Below, one piece after another: positions 5,702 to 13,785 of a DNA stretch of 13,785 nucleotides; within the stretch, counting starts at the first letter, position 1; each line of letters begins with the position of its first letter. This DNA comes from Abditibacteriaceae bacterium (GTDB taxonomy: Bacteria > Armatimonadota > Abditibacteriia > Abditibacteriales > Abditibacteriaceae): NCBI GenBank assembly GCA_031425655.1, contig JANPJS010000249.1, positions 1 to 13,785 of the forward strand. Reading direction: 5' to 3'. The notes below the pieces were generated by a model. The model did no database searches. It worked only from the letters and a program-made list of their open reading frames with translations, and had not been told where the DNA came from. The position numbers and the translations under genes were made by a program.

Positions 5702-5751
5702 GTAGGGACGGCCAACTCATTCGACCACGCCGCAACAGGTTGCGTCCCTAT
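5702..5751. repeat. REP-like palindrome (GTAGGG type)
   Basis: GTAGGGACG ... CGTCCCTAT terminal inverted arms. Confidence 0.5.
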
Positions 5752-5810
5752 ACTCCCGCTCATTTTACTGAGCGGTCTTAATTTTTGTGCGCTTTCGGCG
5801 GTGAATAAAT

Positions 5811-7700
5811 TCAAGCCGCTCCGGCCACGATGTCGCTGCCGAAAACCGGGCGCGGACGCACTTCGGGGCCGCGTAAAATCTTCGCCCATTGCACGAATGA
5901 ATCCACGATAACGATGATGACCAAAGCCAGCATCGCCACGGTGAGAACAGCCGGAATCGGCTTATCGGTTTTGAAAAACGTGGTCGTGTTCAAATAACCG
6001 CCGTAGAGAACCGTAGCGGTCAGCACGCAAAACGGCAGAAACGAAACCAGAGCGTATTTGCGTTTGGGCGCGTAGCGCAGCAATAGCGTGGTGCCGATGC
6101 CCAGACTCAGCACGCCTAAAAGCTGGTTGGCCACGCCGAACATCGGCCAGATGATATCAATGCCATTGTTGAAGATTAAATAGCCCCAGCAAAACGAAAT
6201 CAGCGCGCTGGTGCCCAGCGTGCCGGGCAGCCAATTGGTGCGCCCCAGAGGCTTGTGAATCGCGCCTAAAAGCTCCTGCAAAATGAAGCGCGCCACGCGC
6301 GTGCCCGCGTCAATGGTGGTCAGAATGAACATCGCCTCGAAGACAATCGCAAAGTGATACCAAAACGCCATCAGACCGCCCATGAAAGGCAGTTTCGAGA
6401 AAATCGCCGCCATGCCGACGGCCAAAGTCACGCCGCCGCCGGGCCGTCCGCCGATGCCTTCTTTTTCGTCCACTAAAGAATTCAAGCGCGTCAAATCCTG
6501 CGTCGGAGGCACTTTGGGAAATTTCGCGGCCAAAGCCGCCGCGTCATATTTGGGCGAAACCTTTTTTTCGCCCGGCGCCGCCGCTGCGACGACCGTATAT
6601 TTCGCGGGCGCGATATTGATGTGATAATAGTCGCCGGGATGCAGTGAACAGGCCGCGATAAGCGCCAAAATCGCCACGAAGGCTTCGGTTACCATCGCGC
6701 CGTAAGAAATGGCGGGCAGTTCGCGTTCGGTGTCAATCATTTTGGGCGTGGTGCCCGAAGCAATCAGCGAATGAAAGCCCGAAATCGCGCCGCACATGAT
6801 GGTCAGGCAGACGTAAGGCCAAACCGGGCCGGGCAAAATCGGCCCGCCGCCGCCTAAATACTCGGTGAACATCGGCATTTGCAAATCGGGCCGCACAATC
6901 ACCACGCCGACGGCCAACATAATCACCACGCCGAGTTTCATGTAAGTGCTGAGATAATCGCGCGGGCTGAGCAGCATCCAAACCGGCAAAACCGCCGCGA
7001 CGAAGCCGTAAAGCGGCAAAATCACGCACCACGCTTTGTCGCTGTAAGAAAACAAATAAGCGAAGCTGCTGTTGGCGATCCATTGCCCGGCGATGAGCGA
7101 GAAAACTAACAGCGTCACGCCGATAATGGTGGCGTTTTTCACGTCGCCGGGCCGGAATTTAAACATCCAGAAACCCATTAAAAGCGCGATGGGAATCGTC
7201 GCAATAATGGCGAAACTGCCCCACGCCGAGCCTTTGAGTGCGTGAACCACCACAATCGCCAATCCCGCTAAGGCCACGACCATGATGAACAAAATGGCGA
7301 ACATCGTAGCCCAGCCGCTGACCGAAGAAACCTGATTATGCGCGATCTGGCCTAAGCTTTCGCCCTTCTGTCGCACGCTGGCCCACAGGATAATCATGTC
7401 CTGAACCGCGCCCGCGAAGACCGCGCCGACCAAAATCCAGATGGCGCCCGGCCCCCAGCCGTATTGCGCGGCTAAAACCGGCCCAATCAGCGGCCCGGCG
7501 CCCGCGATGGCGGCGAAATGATGCCCGAAAAGCACCAATTTATTAGTCGGATGATAATCGCGCCCATCGTTGAATTGATGGGCCGGCGTCATGCGTTTGG
7601 GGTCGAGAAGCAGAACTTTGGTCGCCAAAAACGCGGCGTAATACCGATACGAAAGCATCAGCACGCACAGCGAAACCGCAATTAATCCAAGTGTGTTCAT
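5811..7700 (-). CDS. cstA: Carbon starvation protein A family transporter (peptide/pyruvate)
   Basis: TPAH..NDGRDY, LFGHHFAAIAGAGPLIGP, LLSPRDYLS, CGAISGFHSLIASGTTPKM, TTIDAGTR, IWPMFGVANQLL; many TM helices; ATG 7700 with GGAGG RBS. Confidence 0.95.
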   Translation of the reverse strand: MNTLGLIAVSLCVLMLSYRYYAAFLATKVLLLDPKRMTPAHQFNDGRDYHPTNKLVLFGHHFAAIAGAGPLIGPVLAAQYGWGPGAIWILVGAVFAGAVQDMIILWASVRQKGESLGQIAHNQVSSVSGWATMFAILFIMVVALAGLAIVVVHALKGSAWGSFAIIATIPIALLMGFWMFKFRPGDVKNATIIGVTLLVFSLIAGQWIANSSFAYLFSYSDKAWCVILPLYGFVAAVLPVWMLLSPRDYLSTYMKLGVVIMLAVGVVIVRPDLQMPMFTEYLGGGGPILPGPVWPYVCLTIMCGAISGFHSLIASGTTPKMIDTERELPAISYGAMVTEAFVAILALIAACSLHPGDYYHINIAPAKYTVVAAAAPGEKKVSPKYDAAALAAKFPKVPPTQDLTRLNSLVDEKEGIGGRPGGGVTLAVGMAAIFSKLPFMGGLMAFWYHFAIVFEAMFILTTIDAGTRVARFILQELLGAIHKPLGRTNWLPGTLGTSALISFCWGYLIFNNGIDIIWPMFGVANQLLGVLSLGIGTTLLLRYAPKRKYALVSFLPFCVLTATVLYGGYLNTTTFFKTDKPIPAVLTVAMLALVIIVIVDSFVQWAKILRGPEVRPRPVFGSDIVAGAA

Positions 7701-7772
7701 AGGAAAATGTCCTCCGGCGCAGAAATTATTCTCGCGGGGTGACACACAATTTAACAATGCGGTGGCGCGGCT

Positions 7773-8027
7773 TCAATTGTCGCCGATGTCGGGGAGCGTT
7801 TTAAGCACGGCCCAGGCGCGCTCGGAATTGCAAAGCGGGCAGCAGAGTTCATCACGATAAAGCGGGCACGAGCATTTCGGGCAGCGGCGCGCGTGCGTGG
7901 TGGCATCCGAACGCGCTTTGAGGTCGAGGAGAGCGCCTTCGTTGACGCGACACGGATTAGTGGAAAACGCCGCTGAGGACAAATCGCGCAGATGCACGAA
8001 AACGCCCCAATCTTTTATGCGACGCAT
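7773..8027 (-). CDS. Possible small zinc-ribbon protein (start uncertain)
   Basis: CPKC...CPLC pair in the C-terminal part of the 105-aa ORF; same strand as, and just upstream of, cstA. Confidence 0.35.
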   Translation of the reverse strand: MRRIKDWGVFVHLRDLSSAAFSTNPCRVNEGALLDLKARSDATTHARRCPKCSCPLYRDELCCPLCNSERAWAVLKTLPDIGDN

Positions 8028-8162
8028 CCACCGACGCCGTCCGTTCCGTGACAAGTAGGCCATATTTTGTCGAAATGGAAGCACTTTCAATGCCGAATAG
8101 TATCAAGATCGTATATTGCCTTTGCTACACTGCCGCGCGTTGAAACATCAAGGAAAAGTATC

Positions 8163-9683
8163 ATGTCCGAATCCATACCGCTTGAATTTCGTTCGCACAC
8201 GCCGGGCAAAACCAGTGTCCATCTCGACCACGAGCGCATGATGGACTGCATTCATTGCGGCCTGTGCCTTTCGCAGTGCCCGACCTATGTGGAAACGGGT
8301 TTAGAGGCCGATTCGCCGCGCGGACGCATTTATTTAATGCGCGCTTTGGCCGAAGGCCGCAGCGAAATCACGTCCGGAATTGTGGAACATTTGGACTTAT
8401 GTTTGGGCTGCCGCGCCTGCGAAACCGCGTGTCCATCAGGCGTGCAATACGGCCATCTCATCGAAGGCACGCGCGCTTATGTGCGCGAAAATTATGAGCG
8501 CCCGCGCAAAGACCAAGTCATCGGAAAATTAGTCGAAAGCATCTTCCCTTATCCAAATCGTATGGAAGCCGCGCTGCTGCCGATTCGCGTTTTGCGGCGC
8601 ACCGGACTTATGAAATTGCTGCACCAAAGCGGCGTGATGAAACTCCTCGGTTATTTGGGCGAAATGGAGCGATTGCTGCCGAAATTGCCGCCAATGCAGC
8701 AGCGTTTAAATTTCCCCGAACGCTGGCGGGCGCGCGGCGCAAAACAAGCGAATGTTGGCCTGATAACCGGCTGCGTGATGCAAGTCATGCAATCGCCGAT
8801 TAATGCCGCAACGGCGCGCGTTTTATGCAAAGCCGGCTGCGATGTGGCCGCGCCCAAATCGCAAGGCTGTTGCGGCGCCCTGCACGCACACACCGGCGCT
8901 ATCGAGAAAGCTAAAGAATTAGCGCGCCAAAACATTGAGGTTTTTGAAGCCTGGCAACGCGAAAACGGCGATTTGGACGCGATTATCATCAACGCCGCCG
9001 GCTGCGGCGCGGCGCTCAAAGAATATCCCGGCTGGTTCAAAGGCGACGCGATTTGGGAAGAGCGCGCCCGCGCATTTTCCGAAAAAGTCAAGGACGTTTC
9101 CGAGTTTTTAGCGCAGCAGCAATACAAAGCGCGCCTTGCCGATTTGATGGACGGAAAGAAGAAGACGGAAGTCAGAAGTCAGAAGTCAGAAGCGCGCGAT
9201 GTGCTGCCCAATACAACAGGCGCGACGACGCTCGAAGCGTTGGGACACAGCGTCGAAAAACAGGCGGCGAATCAACAATTGTCGCTTGAACCAGTAAGTG
9301 CCTTTAGCAGTCGTTCCAGCCCCCAGCCTCCAGCCCCCAGCCCCTCCGCCGTGACGTATCACGATGCTTGTCATCTCGCGCACGGTCAAGGCGTGCGTGC
9401 GCAGCCGCGCGAACTACTTTCGATGATTCCCGATTTGGAAATCGTGCCTTTAGTCGAAAGCGAAATGTGCTGCGGCTCAGCGGGGACTTACAACATCGTG
9501 CAGCCCGAAATGGCGATGCAATTATTGGAGCGAAAGATGAAAAACATTGCCGCAACCGGCGCCAAAACCGTCGTGACCGGCAACCCCGGCTGCATGATGC
9601 AGATCTTGCTCGGCGCGCAGAAATTTGGTGTGCCAATCGTGGTTAAACATCCGGTGGAAATTTTAGACGACGCGACACGATGA
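8163..9683 (+). CDS. glcF: Glycolate oxidase iron-sulfur subunit-like (4Fe-4S dicluster + CCG domains)
   Basis: CIHCGLCLSQCP, SPRGRI, CLGCRACETACPSGV, GCCGALH, NAAGCG, YHDACHLAHGQ, CCGSAGTYN, GNPGC; ATG 8163 after AAGGA. Confidence 0.88.
   Translation: MSESIPLEFRSHTPGKTSVHLDHERMMDCIHCGLCLSQCPTYVETGLEADSPRGRIYLMRALAEGRSEITSGIVEHLDLCLGCRACETACPSGVQYGHLIEGTRAYVRENYERPRKDQVIGKLVESIFPYPNRMEAALLPIRVLRRTGLMKLLHQSGVMKLLGYLGEMERLLPKLPPMQQRLNFPERWRARGAKQANVGLITGCVMQVMQSPINAATARVLCKAGCDVAAPKSQGCCGALHAHTGAIEKAKELARQNIEVFEAWQRENGDLDAIIINAAGCGAALKEYPGWFKGDAIWEERARAFSEKVKDVSEFLAQQQYKARLADLMDGKKKTEVRSQKSEARDVLPNTTGATTLEALGHSVEKQAANQQLSLEPVSAFSSRSSPQPPAPSPSAVTYHDACHLAHGQGVRAQPRELLSMIPDLEIVPLVESEMCCGSAGTYNIVQPEMAMQLLERKMKNIAATGAKTVVTGNPGCMMQILLGAQKFGVPIVVKHPVEILDDATR
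9161..9192 (+). repeat. GAAGTCA heptamer tandem within the glcF-like CDS
   Basis: GAAGACG-GAAGTCA x3-GAAG, translated as TEVRSQKSE. Confidence 0.8.
9316..9343 (+). repeat. CCAGCCY heptamer tandem within the glcF-like CDS
   Basis: CCAGCCC CCAGCCT CCAGCCC CCAGCCC, translated as SSPQPPAPSP. Confidence 0.8.
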
Positions 9684-9768
9684 ATTAAATTCGCGGCGCA
9701 AAGTTCCTTATTCTACAACGATAAATCGCCATCGCGACAAAAAAATCGGCAAATTTGCAACGCATTTG

Positions 9769-9797
9769 TTGCATCACGAAGATTGCTTCTTTATAAT
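9769..9797 (+). promoter_or_regulatory. Sigma70-type promoter for the histone-like gene
   Basis: TTGCAT (9769-9774), 17-nt spacer, TATAAT (9792-9797). Confidence 0.7.
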
Positions 9798-9894
9798 AAA
9801 GGCAATCGCGCAACCACAAACATTTCCCGGCTGTGGACGCATCAAAAATCAGACCCTCGAAATGGGCGGTTGCGAATCTTTAGGAGGCACACCC

Positions 9895-10326
9895 ATGGCC
9901 CAGACGAAGAAAGCCGCAAGCGCGGCACCGGCGAGTAGTTCCGCAGCAAAAGCGAAACCCGCCGCCGCAAAAGCCGCACCCGCAAAAGCAGCCGCACCCG
10001 CTAAAGCTGCACCCGCAAAAGCCACCGCACCCGCTAAAGCTGCGCCCGCAAAAGCCGCACCTGCCAAAGCACCTGCTAAAGCCGCTGCCAAAGCTCCGGC
10101 CAAAGCCGCTGCTAAAGCTCCGGCTAAAGCGGCAGCGAAACCGGCAGCCAAAGCTCCGGCCAAAGCCGCTGCGAAGGCTCCGGCCAAAGCTGCTGCGAAG
10201 CCTGCGGCCAAACCTGCTGCGAAGCCTGCGGCTAAAGCCGCGCCGGCAGCCAAAGCTGCGGCAAAACCGGCGGCCAAAGCACCTGCTAAAGCTGCGGCCA
10301 AACCTGCTGCTAAAGGCAAGAAGTAA
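9895..10326 (+). CDS. Histone H1-like Lys/Ala/Pro-rich basic protein
   Basis: 143 aa of PAKA/KPAA/KAPAKAAA repeats with varied synonymous codons; AGGAGG RBS at 9882-9887; own promoter and terminator. Confidence 0.88.
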   Translation: MAQTKKAASAAPASSSAAKAKPAAAKAAPAKAAAPAKAAPAKATAPAKAAPAKAAPAKAPAKAAAKAPAKAAAKAPAKAAAKPAAKAPAKAAAKAPAKAAAKPAAKPAAKPAAKAAPAAKAAAKPAAKAPAKAAAKPAAKGKK

Positions 10327-10354
10327 GCTCGTGCAAACCGCTGAATTTCAGCGA

Positions 10355-10404
10355 AATAAAAACCGCGAAGTGCTGAATTTATTCAGCCTTCGCGGTTTTT
10401 TATT
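10355..10404. terminator. Bidirectional intrinsic terminator
   Basis: AATAAAAACCGCGAAG..GCTGAAT-TT-ATTCAGC..CTTCGCGGTTTTTTATT between convergent genes. Confidence 0.85.
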
Positions 10405-10458
10405 GGTGACTGCTTCAAATGCACTTGAAGTTGTGAGGAGAAATTAACGAACGGCGTT

Positions 10459-10728
10459 TTAATGAAAGTCTTGTCCTTTCATTGTTAGCCAACAATACGC
10501 GTAGACAGTTAACACAGCCGCAAATATGGCCGTTGCAATTCCCTTCTCTTTGCGTGTGAGCGAAGTAAGAAAATACAGGTAAACCGCTGAAAATATTGCG
10601 ACCAAATTCGTATCCGCATACATCATCGCTGCGGGAATGCCTGCCGGGAAAAGAGCGACGGCATACCATTTGAGATATAAAACCCAAGCGTTATCTTCAG
10701 AGTTTCGCTTACTTCTGTTGAAGGACAT
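10459..10728 (-). CDS. Small hypothetical membrane protein
   Basis: 89 aa from ATG 10728 with GAGGA upstream; about three hydrophobic segments; directly downstream of the NurA-like gene. Confidence 0.55.
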   Translation of the reverse strand: MSFNRSKRNSEDNAWVLYLKWYAVALFPAGIPAAMMYADTNLVAIFSAVYLYFLTSLTRKEKGIATAIFAAVLTVYAYCWLTMKGQDFH

Positions 10729-10740
10729 TTTCCTCAATTC

Positions 10741-11832
10741 CTAAAGTCCCGTCAGGTGATAAAAGCGGCTGATGAGCGTGTCGGATTGGGTGAAAAGCGC
10801 GCCCAAACTTTCTTCGGCGCGTTGAATCGGGTGAATCGAAATCGCCGCGCGGCTGTAACCTCCGTCACGGCAGCGATAATCGCAAATTAAGCGCGACACA
10901 CGACCGATATAGCGGAAATCTTTTTCCAGCGCGTCCTTAAAAAACGGTTCGGGAATCTCCACGCGCACCACGCCGTAATTAGGCAATTCGCCCCGCGCGC
11001 CATCCAAACGAACATACCAGGAAACCACGTCAAGAGCGCGACGCTCGCGGCCCGGAACGCGAAAAGCCGGCGTGCGCTGGCACGGTTTGAGTTGATAATA
11101 AGCGCGCCAGCCTTCGGCGCTGAGATAATTGCGCGAATGCGTTTTCACAAGGCCCACTACGGCATCGCTGCCGTCGAAAGCCGCCGAATGCACTTCGAGT
11201 CCTCCGTCCACCAGCGACGGCGTGCCGCCGTCGTTGGCGATAGCTTCGCGTTCAAGGCGAATCATTTCGTCTTTCGAGCGGTCGGCGGCTTTGTGGCGCA
11301 TTTGCTCGAAATCGAACAAGTTGAGCGTCGTGGAATTGTCGCCCGGCACGAAGACCGGCAATAAGCGAAAACCGGTGTCCTGTAAGGCGTAAGCGAATTC
11401 TTCGACTTCGTCCCACGGAAATAAATCGGTCATAAACGCGACGACGCGCTCGACTTTGCTCCACTCGCGGCGCAGTTCGCGCTGGCCTGTTTCGCCGTCC
11501 ATAACGCGCAAACTGACCGCGCCGATTTCGGCAAGGCGGACGGGAACAGGATAACCGTCGCGGCTTTGCAGCCACGCGATAGTGCGCCCCACGTCTTTGC
11601 CGTCCACGAAACGCTGCGGCTGATGCTCCCAGACGCGCTCGCACGGCGGCAAATCCAGCGGCTGCCAGTCGCCCTGCGCGATTTCATAATCTAATTCGAC
11701 GGCCTCATCCTGCTGATTATCGAGCGCCTGCATTTCACTGAGAAGTTGCGGCTGCGGCGCGAATTCGCGGACACGCCGCGCGCCGTGCCTTTGCAAAAAT
11801 TCCATGCCCGAATTGATGGTGTTCGATCCCAT
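10741..11832 (-). CDS. NurA-like nuclease (RNase H-like fold), tentative
   Basis: FVDG..., LVDG.L, VVGLVKTH, RTPAF, SWYVRL, GVVRVE, PIQRAEESL motif order matches my recollection of bacterial NurA-domain proteins. Confidence 0.6.
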   Translation of the reverse strand: MGSNTINSGMEFLQRHGARRVREFAPQPQLLSEMQALDNQQDEAVELDYEIAQGDWQPLDLPPCERVWEHQPQRFVDGKDVGRTIAWLQSRDGYPVPVRLAEIGAVSLRVMDGETGQRELRREWSKVERVVAFMTDLFPWDEVEEFAYALQDTGFRLLPVFVPGDNSTTLNLFDFEQMRHKAADRSKDEMIRLEREAIANDGGTPSLVDGGLEVHSAAFDGSDAVVGLVKTHSRNYLSAEGWRAYYQLKPCQRTPAFRVPGRERRALDVVSWYVRLDGARGELPNYGVVRVEIPEPFFKDALEKDFRYIGRVSRLICDYRCRDGGYSRAAISIHPIQRAEESLGALFTQSDTLISRFYHLTGL

Positions 11833-11950
11833 TTGCTACCTTGAAAAACTGTGATGTGGGAATGCTTCAATTTTGCTTCGTTTTACGATTTTACGCTACG
11901 AAATTGCGATTAGTTTGTGCGTTTTGTTGCGTGAAGCAGCGATCCAAATT

Positions 11951-12847
11951 TCAGCGCGCTAATAGAGCGGCGCCAATCGCGGCGTCGTGTAGCGGCAGGG
12001 CGAATTGAATATCGGGAATCTCCTCGCTTAGCGCGACTTCGTAAGCGGCGCGCACCGGAGTTTCATTAGCGAGCAGGCCGCCGAGTGGCACCACGCGATT
12101 GATTTTCAACGGGCGCAAAACCGCAAGCGTGGTTTTGGCGAGTTCATGTCCGGCGCGGCCCAAAATATTCATCGCAACAGCGTCGCCGCTTTGTGCAGCT
12201 TGCAAAACCGTCGGAAAAAGCGCCGCGATGCGGTCTTTTTTGAAGTCCGGCGCGTAGACGATTTGAATCAACGCGAACACGTCCGCCGCGCCGAGTTGCT
12301 GAAAAACCGCTTCGCGCAAGGCGCTGGACGGGCCGCTGCCGTCAAAACTCGCGCAAGCAGTGCGTAACGCTTGTTCGCCGCACCAGTAGCCGCTGCCCCG
12401 GTCGCCAAGCAGCGGGCCGTAGCCGTCGGCGCCGCGCCGCTCGCCGCTTTCATTAACACCAAAACAATTCGCGCCTGTTCCAGCGATGCAAATTGCGCCC
12501 GGCCCGCCCGCAAAAGCGCCCGCCTGCGCCGCCGCAGCGTCTTCATCTACGATAACTTTTGCGCCATTCGCGTGCGGCAAGAGCGCGGCGCGTTGCGCGA
12601 TTTTATCCGCCTCGCTGCACGCGCCGGCCAAACCCAAACCCCAACTGGCGATGCTACTTTCCGGCCCGCCCGCGCTGTTTATGGCAGCGCGCACAGCGGC
12701 GAGAATATTGGCAAGCGCCGCATCCCCGCCCGCCGAATAAAAGTTGCCCGGCCCGGCCTCGCCGCGTCCCAGAGCGCGCAGGTTTTCGTCAATCACTACG
12801 GCGCGCGTCGTTGTCCCGCCGCCGTCAACTCCGATGCGAAATATCAT
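11951..12847 (-). CDS. BadF/BadG/BcrA/BcrD ATPase family, N-acetylglucosamine kinase-like
   Basis: IGVDGGGTTT, GLGLAG, IAGTG, G.GPLLGDRGSGYW.G motifs; ATG 12847 overlaps the upstream TGA. Confidence 0.9.
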   Translation of the reverse strand: MIFRIGVDGGGTTTRAVVIDENLRALGRGEAGPGNFYSAGGDAALANILAAVRAAINSAGGPESSIASWGLGLAGACSEADKIAQRAALLPHANGAKVIVDEDAAAAQAGAFAGGPGAICIAGTGANCFGVNESGERRGADGYGPLLGDRGSGYWCGEQALRTACASFDGSGPSSALREAVFQQLGAADVFALIQIVYAPDFKKDRIAALFPTVLQAAQSGDAVAMNILGRAGHELAKTTLAVLRPLKINRVVPLGGLLANETPVRAAYEVALSEEIPDIQFALPLHDAAIGAALLAR

Positions 12848-13596
12848 GAATTTTCCATTTCGCGCCAGCGTAAAATATGCATCGGCGTCGAAAACCACGC
12901 ATTTTTGCTGGGCACCGTGACTTCAATCACTTTATCGCCGACAAGTGCGCTGGGATCGGCTTCGATCCACGTTTTTTGGCCTAAATAAGCTAAGCAATGC
13001 TGGCCGCCCGTCGTCACCGCGATGTCGCCGGGCTGTAAGCGAGAATAGTCGAGATCATTTAAATTCGGCGTCGTGAAAAGCCGTTGTGTCCAGCCACGAT
13101 ATTCGTCGCGCATCGCTTTGGCTGAGCAGTCGTGCCACCACAACGCAACAGCCCGGCGCAGCGGACGAGGATTGCCCGAATGCAGCGATTGTCGCACGTT
13201 GGCATCCATCAGCGCGCGGCGCAACAGGCCAGAGCAATCAATGCCACGCCGTGTTTCGCCGCCCCAGACATAAGGCGCGCCCGTATAAGCGCGCAAAGCC
13301 TGCGTATATTGCGCCCGCGTTTCCCCCGCGCTCGCATCGCGGCCCGGAATCAGGAAAATCGCGGCGATCAAGAACACGATTGCGCCGCACGTCCAGCGCA
13401 CCTTTCGACGCTTCCAAAAAAGCCCCAATGCGCCGGCCCACAGCGCGAAGAAAACACCAACAATCAAACCGCGCAAAAATGTGTCGCGGATGGGATAAAG
13501 GTGCAAGGCCGCTAAAAACGGCCATAATCCCAGCCACAGCGCAAGGGCGAATTTGCGGAGAGTTGTCGGTCGTCGCGCTGCGGAATCTTGAATCAT
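12844..13596 (-). CDS. Membrane-anchored NlpC/P60 family cysteine peptidase
   Basis: Three N-terminal hydrophobic helices, then GAPYVWGG..GIDCSGL, LQPGDI and a catalytic His in GQHCLAY. Confidence 0.88.
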   Translation of the reverse strand: MIQDSAARRPTTLRKFALALWLGLWPFLAALHLYPIRDTFLRGLIVGVFFALWAGALGLFWKRRKVRWTCGAIVFLIAAIFLIPGRDASAGETRAQYTQALRAYTGAPYVWGGETRRGIDCSGLLRRALMDANVRQSLHSGNPRPLRRAVALWWHDCSAKAMRDEYRGWTQRLFTTPNLNDLDYSRLQPGDIAVTTGGQHCLAYLGQKTWIEADPSALVGDKVIEVTVPSKNAWFSTPMHILRWREMENS

Positions 13597-13648
13597 CGTT
13601 GCTCCTGCAATTACCTTTAATTATTCAATAAACCGGCAAACGCTATAA

Positions 13649-13785
13649 CTCACCTTACGCGGTCAGGCTGTGATAGAGGCCGCTGCGTGGTTGGATTTGA
13701 GTTCGTTGAGTTGTCGAAAGGCGGTTTGGAGGGCCGCTTGATAAAGTTTGGCTTTGAGTGCGAAGTGATTGAGATGGGTTGCGAT
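13649..13785 (-). mobile_element. Probable IS right end with transposase C-terminus (IS701-family-like), truncated by the window
   Basis: Minus frame 13785-13663 reads IATHLNHFALKAKLYQAALQTAFRQLNELK...*, which I recall as a C-terminal NHFALKxKLY motif of IS701-like transposases; it is followed closely by GCGTAAGGTGAG, a candidate terminal IR. Not verified by search. Confidence 0.55.

Noticed and set aside
5691..5760. 5' half of tRNA-Pro separated by an insertion (minus strand CGGGAGTA at about 5758-5751)
   Set aside because: It does not pair well with the CACCCCA acceptor strand, and no D-arm or 5' anticodon stem can be found.
9849..10319. 156-aa Ala/Gly/Leu-rich minus-strand ORF
   Set aside because: Antisense shadow of the histone-like repeat gene, which has the promoter, RBS and terminator.

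Overview
GC-rich bacterial DNA; the repeat style suggests an Armatimonadota/Abditibacteriota-like genome, but this is only an impression. The first 1.2 kb is not coding. It is a dense + strand array of structured RNA genes directly upstream of a Ro60/Rsr (TROVE+vWA) gene. The array holds six Y RNA-like units (GGGCCG...GG(G/A)TTA...TTG(C/T)C Ro-binding helix; two in tRNA-mimic YrlA topology, four end-paired), one short-D-arm tRNA(CAU), and one tRNA body whose anticodon loop is replaced by a heptamer-repeat hairpin. AT-rich heptamer inverted repeats punctuate it. The most striking pattern is that three Y RNAs carry canonical-looking anticodon stem-loops (Arg-CCU, Lys-CUU, Ser-UGA) right after the GG(G/A)TTA motif, like interchangeable cargo. 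Downstream of ro60, a lower-GC gene for a PLD-like HDR-motif protein lies between two diverged copies of the last 21 ro60 codons. The rest is mostly ordinary: amidohydrolase plus Rieske ferredoxin, a displaced tRNA-Pro 3' half, a CstA transporter, a GlcF-like Fe-S protein with a repeat-containing insertion, a histone H1-like protein, a NurA-like nuclease, a BadF-type sugar kinase, an NlpC/P60 protein and the probable end of an IS.
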